Assembly: GCA_002010065.2 (NCBI GenBank)
Contig: MTMD02000002.1
Span: 512,001 to 576,000, forward strand
Length of the DNA stretch: 64,000 nucleotides
DNA from: Candidatus Pyrohabitans jungbluthii
Lineage (GTDB): Archaea > Hydrothermarchaeota > Hydrothermarchaeia > Hydrothermarchaeales > BMS3B
Reading direction: 5' to 3'
The number at the start of each line of letters is the position of its first letter. The stretch's first letter is position 1. The notes under the pieces were generated by a model that had not been told where the DNA came from, ran no database searches, and worked only from the letters and a program-made list of their open reading frames with translations. The translations under genes were made by a program, and so were the position numbers. Shown one piece after another: positions 9,311 to 18,837 of the stretch.

Positions 9311-10600
9311 ATGGAGAGCATGCAGGGGCTTAGGAGAGAGGTAAGCCTGGGAGAGGCTGTGGTGTATGGCGTCGGCATAATTATAGGCGCCGGGATATAC
9401 TCCCTCATAGGCGAAGCTGCGGCAACCACAGGAAATGCGTTGTGGCTTGCATTTCTCATAGCTGCTTTTATAAGCGCCTTCACTGCACTGAGCTACGCCG
9501 AGCTAAGCACCATGTTCCCCAGAAGTGGGGCGGAGTACTTCTATGTTAAAAACGCCTTCAGAAGCGAGGCTCTGGCTTTTATAACCGGCTGGCTCATAAT
9601 ACTCGTGGAGATAATCGCGGGTGCGACGGTGGCTCTGGGCTTTGGGGGTTACCTCCACGAGCTTACCGGCGTGGGGAGGGTGACCTCGGCTTTAATCCTC
9701 CTGGCGGCGCTTGCAGTGGTGAACTACGCCGGCATAAAGCAGAGCGTGCGCCTTAATGTGCTCATGACGTTGGCGGCGGTGCTGGGCTTGCTGATGGTTG
9801 TCTTTATAGGGCTGCCAAGGTTGGGAAGCGTCGATTACCTGGAAGCGAGCTTCGGGGGATGGGGCATACTCACCGCAGTAACTGTTATTTTCTTTGCCTA
9901 CCTGGGCTTTGAGGACCTGGCAAACCTCGCAGAAGAGGTTAAGCAACCCCAGCGTAACCTGCCCAGAGCGATTCTCCTTGCCCTTGCCATAACCACTGTG
10001 CTCTACGTGCTAGTTTCCCTCGTCGTCGTCTCCCTGGCGCCGTGGCAGGAGTTTGCAGCCAGCGAGGCTCCCCTCGCAGTGGTGGCGGCACACGCGGGCT
10101 TGCCCCAGGAGATAATAATCCTCATCGCCCTTTCTGCGACTGCGAGCACAGTGCTCATATTTCAGATAGCCAGCTCCAGAATGCTCTACGGCGTCGCCAG
10201 GGATGGGGCACTTCCCGGCGTTCTCGCGAGGGTGCATCCCAGGAGGTACACCCCCTATGTAGCTATAGCCTTTGCTACTCTCCTCAGCATAGCCTTTGTG
10301 CTACCTGGCGAGATTCGCTTGGTGGCGCTGCTCACCGACTTCTGCGCTTTTGTGATTTTTGCGCTGGTGAACCTCTCGGCGATTGCACTCAGGCTGCGTC
10401 ACCCCGAGCTTGAAAGACCCTTCAGAGCTCCTCTGAATGTGCGTAACATCCCTCTGGTTAGCGTGCTTGGCCTGCTCTCCTGCATGGCGATGCTTCTCAC
10501 CTTCGAGGCGGAGATAATCGCTACCTTTGTAGGCCTCACCTTAGCTGGCTTCGCGGCACATGCACTGCGCAGGCGAAGGGATTATAAGCTCCAAAGCTGA
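9311..10600 (+). CDS. APC-family amino acid permease
   Basis: GIIIGAGIYSL, SYAELSTMFPRSGAEYFYV, FFAYLGFE, AEEVKQPQRNLPRAI; about 12 TM. Confidence 0.92.
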   Translation: MESMQGLRREVSLGEAVVYGVGIIIGAGIYSLIGEAAATTGNALWLAFLIAAFISAFTALSYAELSTMFPRSGAEYFYVKNAFRSEALAFITGWLIILVEIIAGATVALGFGGYLHELTGVGRVTSALILLAALAVVNYAGIKQSVRLNVLMTLAAVLGLLMVVFIGLPRLGSVDYLEASFGGWGILTAVTVIFFAYLGFEDLANLAEEVKQPQRNLPRAILLALAITTVLYVLVSLVVVSLAPWQEFAASEAPLAVVAAHAGLPQEIIILIALSATASTVLIFQIASSRMLYGVARDGALPGVLARVHPRRYTPYVAIAFATLLSIAFVLPGEIRLVALLTDFCAFVIFALVNLSAIALRLRHPELERPFRAPLNVRNIPLVSVLGLLSCMAMLLTFEAEIIATFVGLTLAGFAAHALRRRRDYKLQS

Positions 10601-10618
10601 GTTTTACCTGGTGATGCC

Positions 10619-10945
10619 ATGTTAATCTCAACCACATGTGAAATCCCGGGGAAGAGGGTTGTAAAAACGCTGGGCGTGGCGATGGGGAATACGGTAAGGG
10701 CGAGGTTCATAGGCAGAGATATAATCGCAGGGATAAGGAACATTATCGGGGGCGAGCTGAAGGAGTACACAAAGATGATGGAAGATGCAAGGGAAGAGGC
10801 GATTAAGAGGATGCTGGAAAATGCGGAGCAGCTTGGTGCAAACGCCGTGGTGAATGTGCGCTTTGTTACGTCGCAGATTGCTCAGGGGGCAGCAGAACTC
10901 CTCGCCTACGGAACCGCTGTAGTGGTGGAAGACGTGGAGGAGTAG
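10619..10945 (+). CDS. YbjQ/UPF0145 family protein
   Basis: RDIIAGIRNIIGGELKEYT...GANAVVNVRF...ELLAYGTAV. Confidence 0.92.
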   Translation: MLISTTCEIPGKRVVKTLGVAMGNTVRARFIGRDIIAGIRNIIGGELKEYTKMMEDAREEAIKRMLENAEQLGANAVVNVRFVTSQIAQGAAELLAYGTAVVVEDVEE

Positions 10946-10976
10946 CTTTTCCATTGTTATTCTAACCAGAGAAGGC

Positions 10977-12233
10977 ATGCGCTTGCTTCTGGTGCACCCG
11001 CACTTCCCCTACCTGGGCAAGGACCTTTTTCCTCTGGGGCTTGGTTACCTCGCGGCGAGCGTTGAAGACATCACCGAGGTAAGGGTTATAGATGAAAGTG
11101 TGGAGAGGGTAACCCCTGAAAAGCTCAGGGAATTTAATCCGGAGTTTGTCGGTATAACCGCAACCACGCCGTCCTTTGCCAGAGCGAAGGAGATAATCTC
11201 GCTGGTCAGGCAGACTTTACCTAAGGCGACGGTTATTATGGGCGGCACCCATGCCACTTTCCGTCCGGAGGAGGCACTCGCAGCGGGGGCAAGCGTTGTG
11301 GTGCGAGGCGAAGGTGAGGAGACGCTTAAGGAAATTCTTCTGGGCAGAGACTGGGGAAAAATAAAGGGTATATCCTACCTCGAAGAGGGTAAGGTAGTTC
11401 ACAATCCGGAGCGGGAGCTGATTCGCGACCTTGATGCTTTGCCCTTCCCCGCGTGGCATTATTTTCCTCTGCACGCATACAGGATAATGAGCCTGGTCTC
11501 CGCGCGAGGTTGCGTCTATCGCTGCGCCTACTGCAGCGCCGCGCAGTTCTGGCACCGCCGGGTACGCTTCCGCTCTCCACGAAATGTCGTTGAAGAGGTG
11601 GAGAAGCTCTATTCGCTGGGCTTTAGAAGGCTGCGCTTTATGGACTCCACCTTCACCCTGGATAAAAAGCGCGCCCTGGAGATTTGCTCCCTCATAGAGG
11701 AGCTTGGTTACAGCGATTTAAGCTGGAGCTGCGAGACTAGGGCAGACCACTTAGACGAGGAGCTCTTAGAGGCGCTGAAGAGTGCGGGCTGCAACTTAAT
11801 CTGCCTGGGCGTGGACTCGGGCTCGCAGGAGGTGCTGGACGCGTGCAGGCGGAGCATAACTGTGGAGCAGGTTAAGCAGGCGATTATGGCTGCAAAGGAG
11901 AAGGGAATTAAAGTTAGAGCCTACGTCACCTTTGGCTTCCCGGGCGAAACCGCGCAGAGTGTGCACGCTACGGTTAAACTGCTGGAGGAGACGAAGCCGG
12001 AGCAGATCCTCCTAAGCCTTGCCACCGCTTACCCGGGCACTGAACTGGAAAAGGGACGGAGCATACAGGTGCATGAGAACTGGGTTAAAAAATTTCACGG
12101 GCATGGGCTGGGGGCAAAGCTGTACTTCCCGGAAACGCTTTCGCGAAAAGAGTACACAAAGCTTGGAGATTATATTTACCGTGAGATTCGCAGGATAAAC
12201 CGCGAGGTGAGGCGGAGCGCTGCGGTTTCGTGA
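10977..12233 (+). CDS. B12-binding radical SAM protein
   Basis: PLGLGYLAA, GGTHAT, RGEGE, RGCVYRCAYC (CxxxCxxC). Confidence 0.9.
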   Translation: MRLLLVHPHFPYLGKDLFPLGLGYLAASVEDITEVRVIDESVERVTPEKLREFNPEFVGITATTPSFARAKEIISLVRQTLPKATVIMGGTHATFRPEEALAAGASVVVRGEGEETLKEILLGRDWGKIKGISYLEEGKVVHNPERELIRDLDALPFPAWHYFPLHAYRIMSLVSARGCVYRCAYCSAAQFWHRRVRFRSPRNVVEEVEKLYSLGFRRLRFMDSTFTLDKKRALEICSLIEELGYSDLSWSCETRADHLDEELLEALKSAGCNLICLGVDSGSQEVLDACRRSITVEQVKQAIMAAKEKGIKVRAYVTFGFPGETAQSVHATVKLLEETKPEQILLSLATAYPGTELEKGRSIQVHENWVKKFHGHGLGAKLYFPETLSRKEYTKLGDYIYREIRRINREVRRSAAVS

Positions 12234-12276
12234 GTTTAAAATCCCCCCTGTGTCGTTAATCTGCCAGCTTAATTAT

Positions 12277-12474
12277 ATGCGAAGGCGGGACAAAGAGGTG
12301 CGCTGCCCTGCCTGTGGACACCCTCGCGAAGAGGCAAGCGTGGTGGGAAAGACCTCCACGATTAAGCGAGGGGTGAAGACGGTGTATGAGGTGCTCCGCT
12401 GCAGGTGTGGCAAGATATACCGCGGTGAGATAATTGAAAAGAGGGAGCTTCCAAAGCGGGTTACAGGCGGGTAA
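12277..12474 (+). CDS. Small zinc-ribbon protein
   Basis: CPACG ... CRCG; probable ATG at 12277. Confidence 0.55.
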   Translation: MRRRDKEVRCPACGHPREEASVVGKTSTIKRGVKTVYEVLRCRCGKIYRGEIIEKRELPKRVTGG

Positions 12475-12524
12475 GTGCACTATGCTAACCCTGCAGAAAG
12501 GCAGGAGGAGAAAGATACCAAGGG

Positions 12525-13970
12525 TTAGTTTGGGCTCTTTTTGGTTATAAACTCCACTACCCGCTTCGCAGCCTCTTTCGCTTGACGCACGCAGTCGTTT
12601 ATTCCAACGCCGCGATAGGCGTTGCCCGTGAGCACCACACCAGGAAAATCGCGCAGCCTTGCCTCAATGCGCTCAAGGCGAGCTGCGTGTCCTACCAGGT
12701 ACTGAGGAATTGCCCGCTGATGGCGGTATATCCGCACCATCTCAGGCTCGGCGTCTATGCCCATGGTATCGCGAAGGTCTCGCCTGCACGCCTCGATGAG
12801 TTCCTCGTCGCTGAGCAGCGCCTTCTCCTCGGCGCGAGCGCCGCCCACCATCATGCGCAACAGCGCCTTGCCCTCAGGCGCACGGTGGTCGAACATGCTG
12901 GAATCCCACAGACAACCGAGTATGGTCTTGCCCTCCTCGTGGGGCACAAGGAATCCAAAGCCATTGAGGTCGTGCTTAATCTCGCTGCGCTCGTAGCCAA
13001 AGGCCACGACGGCGAGCTTTGTGTATGGAATACCACGTAGCTCCTCCGCAACTTTTGCGTCCAGGCTCTCAAGCATGGATGCGGCGGCATAGGCTGGAGC
13101 TGCCACAACCACGGCATCGCATGCTACACTTCCCCTCTTAGCGAGGTGCACTACGTAGCCGTCTTCTGAGCGCTCTATGCTCGCTGCCTCCTTACCCAGG
13201 AGGAGCTTATCCTCCAAGCGAGAGGCGAGGGTCTGGGTCAAGTACTCTATGCCCTCAGGGAATGAGGTGAGCACACCTCCGGGACCAGCGGCGCTTCCTG
13301 GCTTGTAGACCCGCTTTCCCTGCTTCTCGAGCTCAGCCAGCTTCTTCTTCATCTCCTTTGCCTTCTTCATGCGCTTGAGTGCAGCGCGCATCAGGCTTCC
13401 GTTGCCCTCCTTCTCAAGCGCAGCCATCACAGGGAAGGCGCTCTTCAGGCTCATTTTATATGGGTCGCCAGCGAAGACGCCGCTCACCATCGGCGCAACC
13501 AGCTTGCGCAGCGCTTCCTCGCCCAGGTGGCGCCTGACAAAGCTTGCAATGGTCTCATCCTCCTCCTTCGCTGGCTTTGTAAAGGGCTCAAGCGCCATGC
13601 GGAGCTTCCCCTTCCAGGAAAGTATGTCGGAGAAGAGGAAGCCCACAGCGCTCGCTGGTAGCTCACGCAGCCTGCCATCAAGGTATATGAAGCGTCTGCG
13701 CGCAATATCCTTGCTGGGCATTAAGCGAGAGCTTATCCCCAGGTCATCGCACAGCTCCAGAGTCCAGGGCTTGTTGTCCAGAAAGCCGTTGCTCCCGGCT
13801 TCTATCACATACCCCTTATAATGCTCACTCCTTATCTTCCCACCAGTGCGATTGGAAGCCTCCAGAAGGGTTACATCAACCTCTTCCCCAGCCTCTTGAG
13901 CGAACTTCCTAACATAAAAGGCGGCAGTTAAGCCTGATATTCCTGCGCCTATTACTGCAACGCTTTTCAT
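12525..13970 (-). CDS. hemY: Protoporphyrinogen/coproporphyrinogen oxidase (HemY family)
   Basis: FAD motif VIGAGISGL, GGKIRS, GVFAGDP, GFGFLVP, AIPQYLVGH, YRGVGINDCV. Confidence 0.92.
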   Translation of the reverse strand: MKSVAVIGAGISGLTAAFYVRKFAQEAGEEVDVTLLEASNRTGGKIRSEHYKGYVIEAGSNGFLDNKPWTLELCDDLGISSRLMPSKDIARRRFIYLDGRLRELPASAVGFLFSDILSWKGKLRMALEPFTKPAKEEDETIASFVRRHLGEEALRKLVAPMVSGVFAGDPYKMSLKSAFPVMAALEKEGNGSLMRAALKRMKKAKEMKKKLAELEKQGKRVYKPGSAAGPGGVLTSFPEGIEYLTQTLASRLEDKLLLGKEAASIERSEDGYVVHLAKRGSVACDAVVVAAPAYAAASMLESLDAKVAEELRGIPYTKLAVVAFGYERSEIKHDLNGFGFLVPHEEGKTILGCLWDSSMFDHRAPEGKALLRMMVGGARAEEKALLSDEELIEACRRDLRDTMGIDAEPEMVRIYRHQRAIPQYLVGHAARLERIEARLRDFPGVVLTGNAYRGVGINDCVRQAKEAAKRVVEFITKKSPN

Positions 13971-14099
13971 AAACTCACCTACTTTATTTTTCTTTAACTA
14001 TTTAAAAAGTCTTACCATAAAGGTTGTTCGGCTTGGGGGTGAACAAAATCATAAATTTTTTCAAATCTTTATATTCAGATATGACAGCAGGGAGGTGAC

Positions 14100-14225
14100 A
14101 TGAAGAAGGCGGAGGAAACTCCTCAAGCCACAGGCGCACAGCCCAAGGAAGCATGCGGCCCAACTGCTCTGCTCCTGCTTGTGCTACTTCCCCTAATTCC
14201 CAGGCTCAGGAGGGTGGTAGGATGA
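14100..14225 (+). CDS. 41-aa mini-protein consisting almost only of a CGP-CTERM sorting signal
   Basis: Below the ORF-track cutoff. GGAGGTGA RBS, then MKKAEETPQATGAQPKEACGPTALLLLVLLPLIPRLRRVVG*. Confidence 0.6.
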   Translation: MKKAEETPQATGAQPKEACGPTALLLLVLLPLIPRLRRVVG

Positions 14226-14265
14226 AGTATGAAATAGGCCCGTAACCCCCAGCTGAGCTAGGGGA

Positions 14266-15204
14266 TTAATGTCTGGTCACCAGCTCAGCCAGCGCTTCTA
14301 TGAACTTTGGCGATGTGTTAAGGGACTCACTCCTTCTGAAGTGCTCTATCCCCAGCTTCCTCGCAAGGGCAGAGTACTGGAAGTCTATCTCATAAAGCGT
14401 CTCTATGTGGTCTGAGACGAAGCTCACGGGCACAATCAAAACGCTTTTTTTGCCCTCTTTTGCCAGCTGACGAAGTACCTCCTCTACGCTTGGGGAGAGC
14501 CACTTTCCGAAGCGAAGACCGCTCTGATACGCTAAGCGATAGCTCTCCAGCTTGGCTCGCTCAGCAACGCCCTCGCAGGTGGCCAGCACCTGCTCCTCAT
14601 ACGCATCTCGCTTGGCCATGCTCTCTGGCAGAGAGTGAGCCGAGAATATAACCTCCACCTCCTCGCCCCGCGGAAACCTTTCAATGGCTGCAGTCACCTT
14701 CTCCGCCAAGGCGTCGAGGTAGGGCGGAAAATCTCCCCATCTCTCAATATAGCTCACCTCAAGCTCTGCATTTAGCTCGGCGATGGCGCGCTCCATCTCT
14801 TTTATGCACGTGCCCGTCGTTGCGCCAGCGTAGTGGGGGTATAAGCTCAGCCCTACCACATCCCGTATCCCGGCTTTAAGCACATTCTCAATAGCTTCGC
14901 TGATGAAAGGCTTGGTATAGCGCATGCCCAGAAAAACCTCATAGCTTGAGCCAAGCCTTTTCTTGAGCGCTGAAGCCTGGGCTTGAGTAATCGCTGGCAG
15001 AGGTGAGCACCCGCCTATTAAAGCGTAGCGCTTTTTCACCTTCGGCGCGCGCAGGGTGGAGATTAACCAAGCAAGGGGCTTCTGGAGGGGCTTTGGGAAG
15101 GGCACAACCTCCGGGTCTGAGAAAAGGTTGTAGAGGAATGGCTTAACCGCCTCCAGCGAGTCGGGTCCACCCATGTAGAGAAGCACCACTGCCTTCTTGT
15201 ACAT
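14266..15204 (-). CDS. hemH: Ferrochelatase
   Basis: MGGP...FLYNLFSD, GMRYTKP, LYPHY, FSAHSLP, AYQS, FVSDHIETLYEID. Confidence 0.95.
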   Translation of the reverse strand: MYKKAVVLLYMGGPDSLEAVKPFLYNLFSDPEVVPFPKPLQKPLAWLISTLRAPKVKKRYALIGGCSPLPAITQAQASALKKRLGSSYEVFLGMRYTKPFISEAIENVLKAGIRDVVGLSLYPHYAGATTGTCIKEMERAIAELNAELEVSYIERWGDFPPYLDALAEKVTAAIERFPRGEEVEVIFSAHSLPESMAKRDAYEEQVLATCEGVAERAKLESYRLAYQSGLRFGKWLSPSVEEVLRQLAKEGKKSVLIVPVSFVSDHIETLYEIDFQYSALARKLGIEHFRRSESLNTSPKFIEALAELVTRH

Positions 15205-15234
15205 GGGTAAAACTCGCTCTACGGTAATAAAAAG

Positions 15235-15963
15235 TTACGGCAGGGGCGTAAGTATATACCCCTCGGCTACGCTACCAATTACAGCGCAGCTTCCGTGATG
15301 CCAGCAGTAACTCGCCACGTATGCGCAGGTTACGGCGTCGAGGAGATCCTCGTAGCGCTTAAGCGCTTTACCGCGCAACTTATCCACCTTTACCCCGAGA
15401 ATCTCCTCAGGTATATGCAGCGGCGGCTTGGCTTTGGCTAAAGAGCTGAGAAGCTCCTGATATCGCCTGAACTCGCGATAGCGCTGCTCGTAGCTTCTCC
15501 CTGGGCGAGCCTTGTACTTCAGGGTCTTATCCAAGCCAAAGATTGCCACCATCGCAGAGTGGGGAAAAACCTCGGCAAAAGCTCTCCCCACCAACGGCGC
15601 GGCAAGCTTGGGATTGTTCACGAAGCCAGCGTTTTCCAGAAGCTTTGCAAGCCTCTCACCACGAATCTCGCCGTAGCGCTCAAGCAGTCGACGATTGACA
15701 GGATAAACCCCTGCTTCGTAGCGCCTGAATAGCTTGGCTATGCGGCGATCGCATTCTCTGCTCCCGCTGGGGTTGGGCACCACCAGCGGAGCATCTATGG
15801 CGACAAAAACCGGAGCCTCGCCTACCGCAGAGAGGATGTAGGAGGTGATTTCCTCGACGCTGCGAAGCTCCTGCTCCCACCTCACAAGTTCACCGCCGCA
15901 GGCTATGGCCACCGCCGTAGTATTGCGGGGCGACCAAGCTAAATCAACGCCCACGAAGAACAT
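15235..15963 (-). CDS. DUF429 family protein (RNase H-like predicted nuclease)
   Basis: FVGVDLAWS, AIDAPL, EVFPH, EDLLDAVTCA. Confidence 0.8.
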   Translation of the reverse strand: MFFVGVDLAWSPRNTTAVAIACGGELVRWEQELRSVEEITSYILSAVGEAPVFVAIDAPLVVPNPSGSRECDRRIAKLFRRYEAGVYPVNRRLLERYGEIRGERLAKLLENAGFVNNPKLAAPLVGRAFAEVFPHSAMVAIFGLDKTLKYKARPGRSYEQRYREFRRYQELLSSLAKAKPPLHIPEEILGVKVDKLRGKALKRYEDLLDAVTCAYVASYCWHHGSCAVIGSVAEGYILTPLP

Positions 15964-15993
15964 GGGTATAAATAGCAGGGGAGCAAATATAAA

Positions 15994-16695
15994 GTGATGC
16001 GCACCGCTGAGGTTGAGGCGAAGCTTGCAACACTTGAGAAAACACTCAATGAAGCTGAGTTCTGGAGGCTGGTCTCCAGGGTAAAGCGCAGCAGACCTCT
16101 CGCAGAGAAATATGCAGAGCGCATCGCACGCATAGATGCTGATATATTCATGCGACGCGCCAAGCTCAGGGTAGGCATAGCTACAGGAAGCGCTGCAATG
16201 CTCCTCTTAGCTGCGATTGCTGCGCTTCTCCTACTTTTCGCCCCTTCTCTAGGAGCTAACCTCCATGGCTTAATCATACTCCTCGCCACATTCCTGCTTA
16301 TGACTGCACTTCACCCCCTTGCCCACCTCGCCGCTGGAAGAGCGCTGGGGATTCGCTTCCTATTCTACTTCCCTAACGGACCAGCGAAGATAGAGCCCAC
16401 GCTTAAGGTAGACTACGCAAGCTACCTCAGAGCATCGCCTCAAGCGAGGGCAGCCATGCACCTCGCCGGCATAGGTGCAAGCATCCTTGCTACGCTCGTG
16501 GGTTTCCTCGCCGCGTATAGCACGCAGGCGCCAAGCTTCGCTACCATCACCTTAGCGGCGCTGCTCCTCCTCAACACCCTCTTTGAATTTTCGCCATCGT
16601 TGCTCGTGAAGCTGGGCTTCAAGATATTCAGGAAATCCGACGCCTACCGCGCCTTTCGAGAGCTCAGGCTGAGAAAGGAGCAGAGCCGCGCATGA
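15994..16695 (+). CDS. Hypothetical membrane protein (M50-like HxxxH helix)
   Basis: Several TM segments; ALHPLAHLAAG (no catalytic Glu). Confidence 0.6.
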   Translation: MMRTAEVEAKLATLEKTLNEAEFWRLVSRVKRSRPLAEKYAERIARIDADIFMRRAKLRVGIATGSAAMLLLAAIAALLLLFAPSLGANLHGLIILLATFLLMTALHPLAHLAAGRALGIRFLFYFPNGPAKIEPTLKVDYASYLRASPQARAAMHLAGIGASILATLVGFLAAYSTQAPSFATITLAALLLLNTLFEFSPSLLVKLGFKIFRKSDAYRAFRELRLRKEQSRA

Positions 16696-16883
16696 TGCAC
16701 CCGATACCTGTAGCTACCCAGGCGATGAGAGGTTTTGGATTGGATGAAAATTTAAATAAATAAAAATATTTTCAAATAACATAATACAGTTAACATAGAT
16801 ATACACTAATACGCTATAACGAATTGAATAGAAGCACCTTTGCAAAAGGGCCGAGAAGATAGATATTGAAGAGGGATGAAATT

Positions 16884-18833
16884 ATGGATATAGGAGAGTC
16901 AAAAATTGCAGTTTGTGCAGCAATATTGCTCCTGCTCATGCCTCAAGTCTTTGCTGTGAGCTTTGATGAGATACGCAGCGCAGGCGAGAAGTACTCTAAG
17001 GGCGAGGCTATTATGGTGGACGGCCCCTTCTACGTTGAGGGCAAGCCCTACTACGTTGTTGAGTACATGTTTCAGCGGGAGAGGCGAGCGGCACTAGTTT
17101 ATGACCCCTCGACGGGGGACTTTGTAAAAGACCGCGAAACCATGCGGCGCGTCTTCGCCACCAAGGATTTAAAGTTATTAACGCTCATGGACCCGCTTTT
17201 TTACGCTATTGGAAACAGCTCAAAGATTCCACTTGCTGCCAAGTACGAAACCCAGAACGTGAGAAATTTTGCCTCCTTTTCAAGCATAACTCCCGAGGAG
17301 AGGGTGCTCCTTGAGAGGTTTCTCAGCGCCTATGAGCGTGTGATGGAGGACGTTAAGGAGGTCACAGAGCTTACAAATCAGATGCTTTACCCGGGCGATG
17401 CCTATCACTTCGAGTTCTCCCGCAGGGAGCCCAACATCGTGATTGAGGTTTACAACACCTCAGCGGAAGGCAACTACTCCTATGAGGGTTTCCAGAGGCT
17501 CATAGAAGCCTACGAAAGACTTTATGAAGACTACCTTGCCATGGCAGTGGCACTTAACCATTTTGCAGGCGGACTGGAAGACTACCCTCCAGGGGCGACG
17601 ATACGCGAAAAGTGGGGGGTAATTATTACAAGGGAGGATATAATTGAGGAAATCAGACTGATTAAGAAGAATGCGGATCACATACAGGCTGAAATTGAGC
17701 TGAGAAGGGGCATCCTTGAGTACGACTATGCAGACCTGATCTCCAAAGCATACGAGAGACTGGGCGTTGGCGAGAAAGAGGCTCCCAGAAAAGCTGTGTG
17801 TGGCCCCACTTTCATCTCCCTTTTACCTCTCCTTGCCCTAGCTCTTCGAAAGAGTAATGCAAGGCGCACTGCATTGGTTCTCCTCATTCTTCTGACGCTT
17901 ATCTCGGGCTATGCAGGTGCCTTTGAAGTTCCCTCTGCAGAGGAGCTCATATCCCAGAAGATTTCGCTGGAAGAAGTGAAGAATGTTTCGATCAAGATTG
18001 AGGCGCGCGGCATAACAGAAGCCGAAGCACGGGAGATTCTAGCAGGCTATCCGCTACTTCTCCGCGGGGAGAGCGTTGTGGTTAAAGGTCCCTTCTATGA
18101 AGGCGGCGTGCCCAACTATCTCTTCGAAATTTACCGCGGCGATGCTCCTACTGGCTACGCATTTATGGTTAACTGGGAAACAAAGCTTCTGGTAAGCAGC
18201 CAGCGCGACGCTTACCGTTTGCAGAAGGCGCATTTCCTTGCAGACCTGGTTAGGAGGCACCCTCTCTATGCGCAGGCAAACGCAGAAGCGATAGAAAGCG
18301 CTGCGCACAACGCAACTCTACCGCCTCTTGAGATTTTCCTCATGAATCTCTCTGAGAACATCAAGCTCGGAAAGAAGCTGGAAGAGGAGCTAATAAGGGA
18401 GCCGAGTTTTGACAAGGTGGTCAACCTTACTCAGGTCTACCTCCAGGGCTTCATTCTCATACACAACATAGAAGCCTTAACTTCGCCAGAAGAGGCATTA
18501 AACCTCACCTCAGGCTTCTCAGCAAATAAGCTTTACCTTGAAGCTTATGCGAGGGCTATGCGCGGTTTAAGCGCTGACGAGTACTTTGAGGCAAGGAGGG
18601 CGATGTACAGAGGGAGAACTCTAAACAGGATACCGCTGATGTATAAGCTTAGCGCCCTCGGCTTAAGGCCGTCGAAGGCGCAGGTGGTGCACGACCTTAC
18701 CAGCGACCTCATTTATGACAACATCTTTTTGTGGCGTCTTGGCAAAAAGGTAGACCCACGGCTATTTGCCAGACTTGCCTATAAAGAAGGCACTGCTTCA
18801 CTCCCCTCGGTGCTGGAGGAGGAGAGGGGGTGA
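16884..18833 (+). CDS. Secreted two-domain protein with an internal CGP-CTERM and second signal peptide
   Basis: N-terminal signal peptide; mid-protein VCGPTFISLLPLLALALRKS, then RRTALVLLILLTLISGYAGA; halves share a GE-x(4)-GPFY motif. Confidence 0.75.
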   Translation: MDIGESKIAVCAAILLLLMPQVFAVSFDEIRSAGEKYSKGEAIMVDGPFYVEGKPYYVVEYMFQRERRAALVYDPSTGDFVKDRETMRRVFATKDLKLLTLMDPLFYAIGNSSKIPLAAKYETQNVRNFASFSSITPEERVLLERFLSAYERVMEDVKEVTELTNQMLYPGDAYHFEFSRREPNIVIEVYNTSAEGNYSYEGFQRLIEAYERLYEDYLAMAVALNHFAGGLEDYPPGATIREKWGVIITREDIIEEIRLIKKNADHIQAEIELRRGILEYDYADLISKAYERLGVGEKEAPRKAVCGPTFISLLPLLALALRKSNARRTALVLLILLTLISGYAGAFEVPSAEELISQKISLEEVKNVSIKIEARGITEAEAREILAGYPLLLRGESVVVKGPFYEGGVPNYLFEIYRGDAPTGYAFMVNWETKLLVSSQRDAYRLQKAHFLADLVRRHPLYAQANAEAIESAAHNATLPPLEIFLMNLSENIKLGKKLEEELIREPSFDKVVNLTQVYLQGFILIHNIEALTSPEEALNLTSGFSANKLYLEAYARAMRGLSADEYFEARRAMYRGRTLNRIPLMYKLSALGLRPSKAQVVHDLTSDLIYDNIFLWRLGKKVDPRLFARLAYKEGTASLPSVLEEERG

Positions 18834-18837
18834 AACC

